64,000 nt of DNA from Candidatus Uhrbacteria bacterium (GTDB taxonomy: Bacteria; Patescibacteriota; Patescibacteriia; UBA9934; GWF2-40-263), in NCBI GenBank assembly GCA_013204385.1, contig JABMNY010000013.1, positions 517-64,516 of the forward strand. Direction: 5' to 3'. Under the pieces are notes generated by a model, which had not been told where the DNA came from, searched no databases, and worked only from the letters and a program-made list of their open reading frames with translations. Both the position numbers and the translations under genes were made by a program. Below, piece after piece: positions 46,750-56,697 of the stretch. Every line of letters starts with the position of its first letter. The stretch's first letter is position 1.

Positions 46750-47151
46750 TTAGAGTGATTTTTTGAATAAGAAAAACGCAACACTCGCTCCAATCCAGTC
46801 ATTGAGAAAATCTTTCATTGTGTCTGAAAGGGAAAGCTGAGATTGGGGTAAATTGTACCAAATGTTGATTGTCTGATCTAAAACATATTCATGAAACTCC
46901 CATGCAATTCCAATGAGCATGGCAAAACCGATCACAAATAGGTAGTGATACCAAATAGGAGAATGAGATGTGTGATGCTTGCTTGCAACGGAGTGATGAA
47001 TGGCGAGCGCGAGGAGCCCCATCGCAAACCCACCGAAGAGATGCATTGGAACGTCCATGTTTGGGACCGAGTATCCTCCCGTGAGTAGAAGTAATCCATG
47101 GATCAGGAGAACCCCGCCAATGGCAGCAAATGCGCGTTTAAAGAGTTTCAT
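46750..47151 (-). CDS. Small membrane protein (DUF2238/VanZ-like motifs)
   Basis: D..MH..GG, WEF.EY, DTMKD...D..G; three to four TM. Confidence 0.75.
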   Translation of the reverse strand: MKLFKRAFAAIGGVLLIHGLLLLTGGYSVPNMDVPMHLFGGFAMGLLALAIHHSVASKHHTSHSPIWYHYLFVIGFAMLIGIAWEFHEYVLDQTINIWYNLPQSQLSLSDTMKDFLNDWIGASVAFFLFKKSL

Positions 47152-47176
47152 AATGGGTCAATTTTATCATGAAATG

Positions 47177-47202
47177 AAAACACCCGTTTAATCGGGTGTT
47201 TT
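47177..47202 (-). terminator. Intrinsic terminator
   Basis: aaaacacccg-tttaat-cgggtgtttt. Confidence 0.8.
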
Positions 47203-47217
47203 CTGTGTGTTCAATGG

Positions 47218-47907
47218 TTATTCAATATCGGTTGAAGCATCATCATTCCACCCAATTTCTGGAAGATTTTCTGGCTCAACCATTTCTGGTTCGTCGAGCT
47301 CCATTTCCTCCATATCTCCTTCGATCATCTCATCATCTTCTGTTTCGACAATGACGTCATTCAAAATGTTGAGGATTTGATCAAGTTTTTGGTTGATGGA
47401 CATGATCTCAGATTTGAGACTTGGTCCGATAGGAGCTGGTCCTGTTGGTCGGTGGCGTGGTCGGTCTTCAGAGCGATCGTTTGATCCTCCAAAAGAAGGC
47501 TTTCGGTCGAATCGGTCAGATGAACCACCTTCGCTTCCTCGGAAGCATTCTCGACAAAGAACCGGTTTACTTCCATTTGGTTTAAATGGAACGGTACAAG
47601 AGTTTCCACATTCATTACATCGAGCTGGAAAACTTGGCTTATCTCCTCCGAATCCACCACGATTTCCACCAAATGAGCTTCCGCCCCCTCGATTTCCACC
47701 GTATGAACTTCCTCCTCGGCTTCCGCCGAATGAGCTTCCTCCACGACTTCCTCCACCAAATGAGCTTCCTCCACGGCTTCCACCGTATGAACTTCCTCCG
47801 CTGCTTCGTTCTCCTCCACCGTATGAACTTCCTCCACGGCTTCCACCGTATGAACTTCCTCCGCTGCTTCTTCCGCTGTCGTTGTATTCGCGTTTCGCGT
47901 AAGCCAT
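47218..47907 (-). CDS. CxxC-x17-CxxC domain protein with RGG-like repeats and acidic tail
   Basis: CNECG...VPFKP....PVLCREC; tandem SS[YF]GG.RGG repeats. Confidence 0.88.
   Translation of the reverse strand: MAYAKREYNDSGRSSGGSSYGGSRGGSSYGGGERSSGGSSYGGSRGGSSFGGGSRGGSSFGGSRGGSSYGGNRGGGSSFGGNRGGFGGDKPSFPARCNECGNSCTVPFKPNGSKPVLCRECFRGSEGGSSDRFDRKPSFGGSNDRSEDRPRHRPTGPAPIGPSLKSEIMSINQKLDQILNILNDVIVETEDDEMIEGDMEEMELDEPEMVEPENLPEIGWNDDASTDIE
47655..47865 (-). repeat. Coding tandem repeats (GGSS[YF]GG[SN]R)
   Basis: Recurrent ccaccgtatgaacttcctcc / gagcttcctccacg units. Confidence 0.8.
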
Positions 47908-47977
47908 AATATTGTTAGGTTTGTAATGGTAACTGCTGAAGACTACTCCCAGAAGCTTATTCTGTCAAGGGGAAAAG

Positions 47978-49768
47978 CTAGAGTTCACAGCGCAGTGTGT
48001 CGATTTGTTCCTGATTTGAAAGCCAGGTTTTTTCTAGAATTTCTAATTGGTCATTCAGTTCCGAGAGTCTCTGCGACTTGGAAGGGGAGTAATCCATAGG
48101 GTTTTCAAAAAAATACCCAAGAATTTCACTCTTTTCCCGGTCTAGGGTTTCCATCTGTTTTGTGGTTCGTTCCTGGGATCTTTGATGCTCTCTTATACGA
48201 GTATGGATTTCTGTTCGATCTTGAATACTTAAGTTGCTCAAGCTTGATTCGTCCTGTTTCTCTGTAAGGGAGTCTTCCATGACTGATGAAAGATCGTCTA
48301 CATACTCCTCATAGGTGCCCATATAACGTCTTACATTTCCGGCACGAACTTCAAAAATTTTGTCGACGAGCGTATTCACGAAGGTTCGTGAGTGAGAAAT
48401 AATAATGACTGTTCCTTTATATTCTTTTAGCGCCACTGCGAGCGCTTCGGTCGTTTCTACATCAAGATGGTTTGTTGGTTCGTCGAGTAATAAAACATTG
48501 TGTTCATGAAGGAGGACGCCTGCGAGACAGAGTCGCGCACGCTCTCCTCCACTTAAGATATTTGCCGCTTTATCAAGATCGTCGCCTCTAAAAAGAAAGT
48601 TCCCTGCCATCATGAGAATGTGTTCACCCGACGCATCTCCTGGCGCCATGCGTGTGAGGTATTGAACGACTGTCTCATTTCCAATTATCGTTGCTTCTGT
48701 TTTTTGGTCATAGTATCCAATATCTACTTTATGCCACCACTTTACCGATCCTGAGAGTGGTTCAATATGCCCCGCAAGTGTTTTCAGGAGCGTAGATTTT
48801 CCTCGACCATTTTCACCAGCAATAACCACTTTTTCCCCACGATGAATTTCAAGATTGATGTCCTGCGCTACAGTAAAATCTCCATATCCGATAGAAAGGT
48901 GTTGTGTTCTGACAGCAGTACCGGCAATAACATGAGGGGAGGGAATGCGAATTTTTGTCGTAGCAAGATCAGAATTGATTTTGGAAATCTTCCCACAGAG
49001 TTTCGCAATATGCTTTATTTTACTTTGTGCGCGAGAGGCCAGACTCGCCTTTGATCGAAACCGGTCAACGAATTCTTGATGATGGGCCATTTCACGTGAA
49101 AGTCTTTTATTGTTCCGTAACTCAAGATCGAGTTGTTCTTGCTTGAATGTTAAATACTCTTCAATTGAGCCTTTGTAGGAAGTAAGAGTTCCTCGTTCGA
49201 TTTCAAATGTGTGTGTGCAGGTATTTTGTAAGAACGTTCGATCATGCGCTGCCAGAAGAAACGCCCCATTAAATCTTTGTAGGAAACGTTCAAGAAAAAG
49301 AAGAGTTTGAAGATCTAGATAATTGACTGGCTCATCTAAAAGGAGAAGATTTGGTTCGAGTAATAGCATGGCGACAAGCTTGACACGCATTTGATAGCCA
49401 CCAGAAAGCTGGTTTGGAATCTGTTCAAGATGGCTAGATTGAAGCCCAAATTCTGAAGCTTGTTTGCGAATCGTCCATTCTTGCTTGCCGCTTTTTTGTT
49501 CAAGGTATTCAAGCGTTGAGATTGAGTCTGGAAGTACCTCATGTTGCTCCACAACTCCCACACGGGCAGTTGGATAAAATTGAACATGACCTCCATCAGC
49601 TTCTTCCTGACTCATGAGAATTTTAAGAAGTGTAGATTTTCCTGCTCCATTTCTTCCAATAAGTGCAATTTTTTGTTTTTCGGTTACAAGAAAAGAAAGA
49701 TCATCCAAGACGACCTGTAATCCATATGATTTTCGAATGTTGCGTCCTTCAGCGAGTGGGTGAGGCAT
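47978..49768 (-). CDS. ABC-F family ATPase
   Basis: Two NBDs (GRNGAGKST, GENGRGKST; LSGG; DEP), linker, C-terminal coiled coil, no TM. Confidence 0.93.
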   Translation of the reverse strand: MPHPLAEGRNIRKSYGLQVVLDDLSFLVTEKQKIALIGRNGAGKSTLLKILMSQEEADGGHVQFYPTARVGVVEQHEVLPDSISTLEYLEQKSGKQEWTIRKQASEFGLQSSHLEQIPNQLSGGYQMRVKLVAMLLLEPNLLLLDEPVNYLDLQTLLFLERFLQRFNGAFLLAAHDRTFLQNTCTHTFEIERGTLTSYKGSIEEYLTFKQEQLDLELRNNKRLSREMAHHQEFVDRFRSKASLASRAQSKIKHIAKLCGKISKINSDLATTKIRIPSPHVIAGTAVRTQHLSIGYGDFTVAQDINLEIHRGEKVVIAGENGRGKSTLLKTLAGHIEPLSGSVKWWHKVDIGYYDQKTEATIIGNETVVQYLTRMAPGDASGEHILMMAGNFLFRGDDLDKAANILSGGERARLCLAGVLLHEHNVLLLDEPTNHLDVETTEALAVALKEYKGTVIIISHSRTFVNTLVDKIFEVRAGNVRRYMGTYEEYVDDLSSVMEDSLTEKQDESSLSNLSIQDRTEIHTRIREHQRSQERTTKQMETLDREKSEILGYFFENPMDYSPSKSQRLSELNDQLEILEKTWLSNQEQIDTLRCEL

Positions 49769-49836
49769 AACGGAGTCAGTCTATCATATCTTCTCTTATG
49801 CTGTTATATCAAAATATTTTGTTATAATAGTCTCGT

Positions 49837-51246
49837 ATGACCCAATCAAAGAAGAAGACGTTACAAGAATTTCCAAAACCAATTTCACTTCGAAAACTGA
49901 TCGGGCCAAGTTTCGTGATTCTTGCGCTTGGGTTGGGTTCCGGGGAAGTAATTCTTTGGCCATACCTCGTTTCTAACTATGGGCTTGGAATTGCTTGGGG
50001 GGCGCTCTTGGGAATCTCTTTTCAGTATTTTATCAACATGGAGATTGAACGTTACGCGCTGGTAAAAGGGGAGAGTGTGTTTGTTGGAATTGCGAAATTC
50101 TTGAAAGGAGCACCTTATTGGTTTATTCTCTCGACCTTTATTGGATTTGGTCTTCCTGGAATTGTTGCTGCGTCGGCAGCAGTCTTTGCTTCGTTAATGG
50201 GATTTGAATCATTTGAATGGATAGCGATCCTTTTTCTCATTCTTGTCGGGCTTATTTTAAGCTCCGGGAAGACCGTTTACGGATTGATGGAAAAGCTCAC
50301 TCGTTCGATTATTTTGATTGGGGTTCCTCTCGTGTTTCTACTCACAATTATTCTAAGTCAGAAGGCAGATTGGAGTGCGCTTGCACTGGGAATCTTCGCT
50401 CAGGGAGAAGGATATACATTTTTTCCAGAAGGTCTGGCTCTTGCAACATTTTTTGCTGCCTTTGCCTATTCCGGGGCAGGAGGAAATCTTAATCTAACAC
50501 AATCAATTTATATTAAGGAGAAGGGGTATGGAATGGGAAAGTATGCCACAAAGCTTTCGGGTCTTTTTCAGAAAAAGGGGGGCCGTGAAGAGATTCGATT
50601 AGAGGGCGCAGGTTTTGCAGATACGCCAGAGGCACGTCAACGATTCTCTGTTTGGTGGAAGCGAATAAGTTTCGAGCACGCACTCGAATTTTGGTTTATT
50701 GGAGCTATCTCGATTCTTCTCCTCATGCTTCTTGCGTATGTTACGACCTATAATTTGGAGGGAAATACTCAAGGAATTAGTTTTGTTATTCGTGAAGGAA
50801 CCGCTATAGGAGCAGTGCTTGGTCCGGCATTTGGGGCGGGTTTTCTTCTCGTTGTGACGATTCTGCTCTTTCAAACACAACTTGGAGTCATGGATTCAAC
50901 ATCTCGTATCATGGCAGAGAACGCGTCTATTTCGTATATGAGAATAAAGAACGAGTCTTCTGTTCCACTTTCAAAGATTTACTATGGGTTTCTTTGGAGT
51001 CAGATTGCGTTTGGAATCCTTCTTATTCTTTTAGGTCTTTCTGAACCAAAGTTTCTTCTAGTTCTTGGTGCTGTGATTAATGCAATTGCCATGTTTGTTC
51101 ATATTGGTCTCGTGTCAATTCTCAACTTTCGCTCTATTCCAAAATTCTATCAACCATCTGTTTTTCGTAGAATACTCCTCGGTGTGATCTTTGTATTTTT
51201 TGGAGTGTTTAGTGTGGTCGTTGTGACGAATCAGTTTTTTCTCTAA
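49837..51246 (+). CDS. Nramp-related (YcsG-like) divalent metal transporter
   Basis: GP.F...ALGLGSGE.ILWP, AYSGAGG..N, EKG.GMG; about 11 TM. Confidence 0.8.
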   Translation: MTQSKKKTLQEFPKPISLRKLIGPSFVILALGLGSGEVILWPYLVSNYGLGIAWGALLGISFQYFINMEIERYALVKGESVFVGIAKFLKGAPYWFILSTFIGFGLPGIVAASAAVFASLMGFESFEWIAILFLILVGLILSSGKTVYGLMEKLTRSIILIGVPLVFLLTIILSQKADWSALALGIFAQGEGYTFFPEGLALATFFAAFAYSGAGGNLNLTQSIYIKEKGYGMGKYATKLSGLFQKKGGREEIRLEGAGFADTPEARQRFSVWWKRISFEHALEFWFIGAISILLLMLLAYVTTYNLEGNTQGISFVIREGTAIGAVLGPAFGAGFLLVVTILLFQTQLGVMDSTSRIMAENASISYMRIKNESSVPLSKIYYGFLWSQIAFGILLILLGLSEPKFLLVLGAVINAIAMFVHIGLVSILNFRSIPKFYQPSVFRRILLGVIFVFFGVFSVVVVTNQFFL

Positions 51247-51267
51247 AAAAACAATCCTGAACGAGTT

Positions 51268-52152
51268 TCAGGATTGAGGCATTGAATCTTTACAAGTGTC
51301 TGAGCACCAGATTGAGCTTGGCTCACAGTTCTCACAAATAATAAGCTGTTTGTGGCAGGGGCTCCATGCGCAGTTCCCGAATCGCTCACTTTTTTCGTTG
51401 CAGCCCGTACATCTACCAACAACGTCATAGGCATCTGTGAATTGTTCCGTCATGCGTTCATCAAAAACATAGAGAGACCCCTCAAAGTTTTGGCCAGGGT
51501 ATTTCTTCATGTATGTTCCGATCCCTCCGTGAAGTTGATAGACTTGATCAAATCCTTCGTTTAAGAGAAGTCCTGAAGCCTTCTCGCAGCGAACACCATA
51601 TGTACACACAGTCAGGACCTTTTTACCTTTTAGATGCTGAAGACTGGGAATCAGCTCTTTTAAATCTCGAAAATTTTTCATTCCTGGGTCGATAGAGCCT
51701 TTAAATCGTCCGACAGTAAATTCATAGTCGTTGCGCATATCAACAATGGCAAAGTCCTCACCTTGTGTGAACCAATTGTGCAGTTCTTCTGGTTCGATAT
51801 GTGTCCCTGTTGTGATATTTGGATTGATATCTGCTTCTGCATCAAGTCCAATATTTAAGATGTTTGGACGCACTTTGATTATGAGTTTCCGAAATGCTGA
51901 TCCTGTTCCAGGACTTGATTTGAACCAAAGATCATGAAAATCTGCGTACGAACAGCTTGATACTTCTGATTCGAATTGATCAAGTTGATCTCTAGTTCCC
52001 TCAACGCTTCCGTTGATTCCTTCCTCTGCAATTAAAATGCGTCCCTTGATCTCTAAAGAGAGACAAAGTGCTCGCATCCATAGCATCAAACCTTTGGGGT
52101 CGGTCACGGATGTATATTTATAGAAAATGATGACATCAAACGGTTTTGACAT
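51268..52152 (-). CDS. trhO: Rhodanese-domain tRNA hydroxylase TrhO/YceA family
   Basis: FYKY, GRILIA.EGING, D.RN.YE..VG.F.G, CT.G.RCEKAS, QL.GGI..Y, YVFD.R, Cys-rich tail. Confidence 0.88.
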   Translation of the reverse strand: MSKPFDVIIFYKYTSVTDPKGLMLWMRALCLSLEIKGRILIAEEGINGSVEGTRDQLDQFESEVSSCSYADFHDLWFKSSPGTGSAFRKLIIKVRPNILNIGLDAEADINPNITTGTHIEPEELHNWFTQGEDFAIVDMRNDYEFTVGRFKGSIDPGMKNFRDLKELIPSLQHLKGKKVLTVCTYGVRCEKASGLLLNEGFDQVYQLHGGIGTYMKKYPGQNFEGSLYVFDERMTEQFTDAYDVVGRCTGCNEKSERFGNCAWSPCHKQLIICENCEPSSIWCSDTCKDSMPQS

Positions 52153-52570
52153 AGAGTTCTTTTTTGGAATCAGTGTGAAGCGTTACAAGTAAAGCGAGAG
52201 CAATCAACGAAATGTTTTTGATAATATACTGTCCTACAAGAGTAGGAATCATGAATCCAGACCAGGTGATATGAGGAAGGAGGAGTAAGGGAAGGAATGT
52301 TGTGAACATGTGAAAAAGCAAGATGACAATAACAATTTTCGACATTTTTGGAACAAGGAAGAGAACTCCAATCAGCATCTCAAACAACCCAAAGACAACA
52401 AAGAATGAAGAGAAATTGAAGAAAGGGAGGGTGAGAAGTTGGAGCGCCTCTGTCAGCTCGTCCGCAGGGGAGAGCATAAGTATTTTAAGAAACCCAAACC
52501 AAAAGAAGATGATAAAGATAGCAATTCGACCTAGCCAGTCAAGTTGAGTATGGGAGAGCGCTATTTTCAT
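52136..52570 (-). CDS. DoxX/DUF417-like membrane protein
   Basis: R.AIF.IFFWFG.LK, G.FE..IG, GQYIIKN. Confidence 0.8.
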   Translation of the reverse strand: MKIALSHTQLDWLGRIAIFIIFFWFGFLKILMLSPADELTEALQLLTLPFFNFSSFFVVFGLFEMLIGVLFLVPKMSKIVIVILLFHMFTTFLPLLLLPHITWSGFMIPTLVGQYIIKNISLIALALLVTLHTDSKKELYVKTV

Positions 52571-53325
52571 AGGAAAACAGCAGTCCCAATCATGAGAGAG
52601 AGGCCAGAAAGAAAAATGAGAAAGTAGAGTGGGATATTTGATCGGCTATTGTTGTGTCGAAGCTCAGGAAGAAGGTCGGCCGCTGCAATGTAGATAAAGC
52701 CTCCTGCCGCGATCGGAAGAAGGACTGGAACAGCCCAAGTCACTGATCCACTTAAGAAGTAACCCGCAATTCCCCCAAGGAGAACTGTAGACGCTGAGAT
52801 TCCGTTGTATACAGCCGCACGAATCTTTGAAAAGCCTCCATGAACGAGAACGGCATAATCCCCGAGTTCTTGAGGAATTTCGTGAAGGGCTATCGCTAGT
52901 GTAGTGCTGATTCCCAAAGAAGGGGAGACCATGAATGCAGCTGCGATAATAAGACCATCGATAAAGTTATGGATTCCATCAGAGTACAAAACAAGATGGG
53001 CATACGGTTTTTCGACTTTTTCGCATTTTTCTGTGTCATGACAGTGATGCCAAGAAAAGAATTGTTCAAAGAGGAATGAAGCGACGAATGATCCAACAAC
53101 AAGGAGCATGATGGTAAAAACGCTTATGGGCCCGTTTTCTGATAGTTCTATCGCTTCAGGGAGAAGATGCATGAATGCATTACCAAGCATTGCTCCTGCT
53201 GAAAGCGCGACAAGTCCAAGCATACTTGCATGCACGTGCTTTTTCATCAGTGCAAGGCCAATAATTCCTGAGAGTGACAGGATGGCAATACTGGATGTGG
53301 CTATGAGGATTAAGAAGAATGTCAT
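52567..53325 (-). CDS. ZIP-family zinc transporter
   Basis: HLLPE, WHHCH, D.IHNFIDG, HEIPQELGD, GGFIYIA..DLLPEL. Confidence 0.94.
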   Translation of the reverse strand: MTFFLILIATSSIAILSLSGIIGLALMKKHVHASMLGLVALSAGAMLGNAFMHLLPEAIELSENGPISVFTIMLLVVGSFVASFLFEQFFSWHHCHDTEKCEKVEKPYAHLVLYSDGIHNFIDGLIIAAAFMVSPSLGISTTLAIALHEIPQELGDYAVLVHGGFSKIRAAVYNGISASTVLLGGIAGYFLSGSVTWAVPVLLPIAAGGFIYIAAADLLPELRHNNSRSNIPLYFLIFLSGLSLMIGTAVFL

Positions 53326-53398
53326 AGAGTTCCGTTTTTTCTTATCGAATTTGAGAGTTTAGCCCTTTGAACGTATTTGTAAAGCTTGAGTTGAAAAT

Positions 53399-54205
53399 TT
53401 AGATTTCGAGCACCATCTCTACTGGACAGTGATCAGATCCTAAGACTTCTGCATGAATAGAAGCGCTTTTAAGGTGCTTTTTTAGTTTTGGACTTGCGAA
53501 AAAGTAATCGATGCGCCATCCGACATTTCTTTCTCGTGCACCTCTAAATGCACTCCACCAAGTGTAGGCTTCAGTCTTGGTTGGAAAGAAGTGTCGGAAG
53601 GTATCGATGAATCCTGACGTGATTATGTTGTCTGCTCCTTCTCGTTCTTCGTCTGTAAAACCTGCATTCTTGTGATTGTCATCTGGTCTGGCAAGGTCAA
53701 TATTTGTATGAGCAACATTGAGGTCTCCACAAAAAACTACAGGTTTCTTTTGTTCAAGTGCATTTATATAGGCAAGAAAGGCAGGGTCCCATATTTTTTG
53801 ACGAAAAGTGAGTCGCGCTAAATCCCTTTTTGAATTTGGTGTATAGACGGTTACAAGATGGAATGAGTCAAATTCCAAAGTAATTACGCGCCCTTCTTTA
53901 AGGGTATTTCCAAACGTATCTGTAAACCTATCTGCACGAGCTCCAGGAATATCATAAGTAATTGAGAGTGGTTTGATCTTTGTGAAAATGGCAGTCCCAG
54001 CATACCCTGCTTTTTCTGCCGAGTTCCATATCTCTTCGTATTCCGGAAGGTCTACTTCTGCCTGGCCTTGCTTTGCTTTTGTTTCTTGCAAACACAAAAT
54101 ATCTGGCTGATGCGCTTTAACAAAAGGAATAAAGACATCCTTACGCAAAACAGCTCGTAGTCCATTTACATTCCAGGAGATGAGTTTAATGGATTGTTTT
54201 GACAC
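53399..54205 (-). CDS. xth: Exodeoxyribonuclease III (AP endonuclease)
   Basis: SWNVNGLRA, LQETK, EGRV, YTPN, GDLNVAH, YTWW, GWRIDY, GSDHCP. Confidence 0.96.
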   Translation of the reverse strand: MSKQSIKLISWNVNGLRAVLRKDVFIPFVKAHQPDILCLQETKAKQGQAEVDLPEYEEIWNSAEKAGYAGTAIFTKIKPLSITYDIPGARADRFTDTFGNTLKEGRVITLEFDSFHLVTVYTPNSKRDLARLTFRQKIWDPAFLAYINALEQKKPVVFCGDLNVAHTNIDLARPDDNHKNAGFTDEEREGADNIITSGFIDTFRHFFPTKTEAYTWWSAFRGARERNVGWRIDYFFASPKLKKHLKSASIHAEVLGSDHCPVEMVLEI

Positions 54206-54208
54206 AGG

Positions 54209-54595
54209 TTATTCTGTTGTTACGCCATCAAAATGCTCTTCGATCTCGTCTGCTTTTGTTCTTTGGGTCACACCATCCTTATGTTCGGGTGGGGAATAAA
54301 CTGTATAAAGCTTTAATTCCTCTGTTCCTGTGTTAATAATGTTGTGCTCTGTTCCCGCGGGAACTACGATTGCATAATCACTTAAAAGTCTGTGTTCTAC
54401 TCCGTCGAGAATCGCTTGTGCTGAACCTTGTTCAATGCGAATGAACTGATCTAGTTGATGAATTTCTTTCCCGATCTCTTCTCCTGGTTGAAGATTCATA
54501 AGGACAAGTTGACTCTGTTTCGTTGTATAGAGAACTCGACGGTAATCCGAGTTTTCAAGCGTTTCCTTTTCGATGTTTGTGATAAAACCTTTCAT
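54209..54595 (-). CDS. Cupin-domain protein
   Basis: QLVLM..PGEEIG.E.H..DQF, VPAGT.HN..NTG, YSPPEH. Confidence 0.9.
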   Translation of the reverse strand: MKGFITNIEKETLENSDYRRVLYTTKQSQLVLMNLQPGEEIGKEIHQLDQFIRIEQGSAQAILDGVEHRLLSDYAIVVPAGTEHNIINTGTEELKLYTVYSPPEHKDGVTQRTKADEIEEHFDGVTTE

Positions 54596-54718
54596 AATCG
54601 TAGAAGTAAATGATGCGAAAAGTATAGCATTATTTTATCAAATTGTTCAGGTTTCGTGCTACACTGACGTTATCGGCACTAGGATAAATAGAGGAGTAGG
54701 ATTGATATATTAATAGGT

Positions 54719-55030
54719 ATGATTGAGTTTCTTAGACAGTTTCGGATAGGAGAGTATGCGATTTTTGATTTTACGCTCGCATTTCTTGTTATGGCTTTGC
54801 TTGCCCCTGTTCTCTCAGGAGCATGTAAAAAAGTAGGACTATTCATTCCTAAACGAAGTTGGATTGTTTGGACGCTTCCTTTGAGTTTGATAGTTCACTT
54901 CTTGTTTGGAGCAATGACTCCCATGACTGTTTCATTTATCGATCCAAATGGACAGTATCTTCTCAAGATACTCATTGCATTTCTTACTGCTCTTGGGTTT
55001 AAGGGGGTAAGAAGACAATCGATGAGTTAA
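54719..55030 (+). CDS. Small membrane protein
   Basis: LRQFRI..YAIFD, H..FG..TPMT; three hydrophobic segments. Confidence 0.75.
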   Translation: MIEFLRQFRIGEYAIFDFTLAFLVMALLAPVLSGACKKVGLFIPKRSWIVWTLPLSLIVHFLFGAMTPMTVSFIDPNGQYLLKILIAFLTALGFKGVRRQSMS

Positions 55031-55031
55031 T

Positions 55032-55063
55032 AAAAAAAGCGTCCGATAAACGGACGCTTTTTT
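55032..55063. terminator. Bidirectional terminator
   Basis: aaaaaaagcgtccg-ataaa-cggacgcttttttt. Confidence 0.85.
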
Positions 55064-55075
55064 TATTGTTGACTG

Positions 55076-55273
55076 TTAAGCGCGCTGTACATTTGTTGCA
55101 CGAGGTCCCTTTTCAGAGTCTTCTGTTTCAAATGTTACTGCGTCACCTTCACGAAGTTCATCGAATGATACATCGACGAGTTCAGATGAGTGGAAGAACA
55201 AGTCCTTCTCCTCACCTTCTACAGCGATGAATCCAAATCCCTTATCTGTCAACCGTTTGATAATACCGGTCAT
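55076..55273 (-). CDS. Cold-shock protein
   Basis: KGFGFI (RNP1), LFFH (RNP2), KGP.A.NV. Confidence 0.95.
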   Translation of the reverse strand: MTGIIKRLTDKGFGFIAVEGEEKDLFFHSSELVDVSFDELREGDAVTFETEDSEKGPRATNVQRA

Positions 55274-55444
55274 AGTGATTGGTGTTAGTGTGAATTATCC
55301 GCAAATTTGTCCTCTTTTGGGAAATTTGAGGATCTCCACAACGAGTACTTTGCTGCCAATAAGATACACCAAAATAGAAAAAATGTCAATAGGGATATCC
55401 TTCAAAGGTCTCCAAAACGCAATTTAGGGTACGAATAGGCCCAT

Positions 55445-56197
55445 TTATGAAATATGATGCTGTGACTCGCTGTCCATGAAGTCACCAACGCGAGTTCTTC
55501 GGAGTTTATACAACAGAGCTCCGCAACCGAGTTGTGTTCCTACCATTTGGGCAATAGATCGAATATACGTCCCACTACGAACAGTTAATGTAGCCGACAC
55601 ACCGAGTAGATAATCTAGCTCAGAGGGAAGTTGATTCCAGGATTGTTGACACTCTTTCTGTCTGAAATTTCCGTTAACCAAAGAAATACGTTCCAGTACT
55701 TCATTACGAATAGTTGAAAGAGGGAACTGTGAGACAGACTTGAGGTCATGTGTTGTGACAGTCATTTCTTTTTGAGGAATTTCAATCTCATTCAATCTAT
55801 TTTGACTGACCCACCAATGGAGAGGTTTTCCTTGTACCTTGAACGAGGAATAAGAAGGAAAGGGAAGTATATGCGTTCCTGTGATGTTCAGGAATGCTTC
55901 TGTAACAGCTGATTCAGTCGGGATGAATCCAGGAGTAATTATTCCAAGTCCGTCGTGAGTGTCAGAAGAAATACCAAAGAGAAATGTCGCCTCATAGGTC
56001 TTATCAAGTTTTTGAAATGCTTCCTTTTGATACCGATCGTTATCTGAAAGAAAAATAATGACTCCCTCAGCCATTGGATCGAGTCGTCCGGCATAGGTGA
56101 TGGCGGAATCTTGCAGGTCAGGATGCATTTTACGAATCTCAGCAATACATTCAAGCGGTGTCCATCCAATCGGCTTGTAGAAATTAATGATAGCCAC
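55445..56197 (-). CDS. truB: tRNA pseudouridine(55) synthase TruB-like
   Basis: KP.G.T, AGRLDPMAEG, K.Y, S.T.D..G, SS.KV.GKPL, SGTYIRS, LRRTRVG. Confidence 0.85.
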   Translation of the reverse strand: MAIINFYKPIGWTPLECIAEIRKMHPDLQDSAITYAGRLDPMAEGVIIFLSDNDRYQKEAFQKLDKTYEATFLFGISSDTHDGLGIITPGFIPTESAVTEAFLNITGTHILPFPSYSSFKVQGKPLHWWVSQNRLNEIEIPQKEMTVTTHDLKSVSQFPLSTIRNEVLERISLVNGNFRQKECQQSWNQLPSELDYLLGVSATLTVRSGTYIRSIAQMVGTQLGCGALLYKLRRTRVGDFMDSESQHHIS

Positions 56198-56265
56198 ATT
56201 TTTTTGATGACAAAAGACATCAGTTTAGACCGATGTCTTTTGTTTAGATAATTCAGAAAGGGCAA

Positions 56266-56331
56266 CTATTTATTTTTTGCGTCTTTCTTTGGTTTCTTTT
56301 TTTCCTTTCGGGCATTTTTGCCTTTGGCCAT
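56266..56331 (-). CDS. 21-aa Lys-rich peptide
   Basis: MAKGKNARKEKKKPKKDAKNK*, followed by a hairpin at 56211-56242; below ORF-track cutoff. Confidence 0.55.
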   Translation of the reverse strand: MAKGKNARKEKKKPKKDAKNK

Positions 56332-56384
56332 AATAGAAAATAATGAGAATGAACAAATAAATGTTATCACATGTTTAAACTCTT

Positions 56385-56690
56385 TCAAACAAATAATAAG
56401 ATAACAGCTGAGGCAATAGAGGATATGGACGCAAAAAGGAGGAAGTATCCGAATAGATGAAGCAAGGAGGTGATCGTCTTATCACCCATTGTATTTATCA
56501 TGTTTTGAAACATGATTGGGTAAAATTGAATGTTCAGAAAAAACAGCCTCTTATACGCATTGAGCTTTCCTGCTTTGTAATCGCTCATGAGTTGCTGAAA
56601 TGACTTAATTCTCAAAATCATCAAGGCGTTTAAGAGAAAAAAGAGGGCACCGAGAAGAATGAATAGCGAGATAATTAGTTGATTAGGCAT
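56385..56690 (-). CDS. Hypothetical membrane protein
   Basis: 101 aa with hydrophobic termini, 7 nt after the LRR gene. Confidence 0.65.
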   Translation of the reverse strand: MPNQLIISLFILLGALFFLLNALMILRIKSFQQLMSDYKAGKLNAYKRLFFLNIQFYPIMFQNMINTMGDKTITSLLHLFGYFLLFASISSIASAVILLFV

Positions 56691-56697
56691 AGGTCGT

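Noticed and set aside
47393-47909. Pro-rich and other repeat ORFs, and CRISPR-like periodicity
   Set aside because: Alternate frames of the Gly/Ser/Arg coding repeats; no unique spacers and no cas genes.
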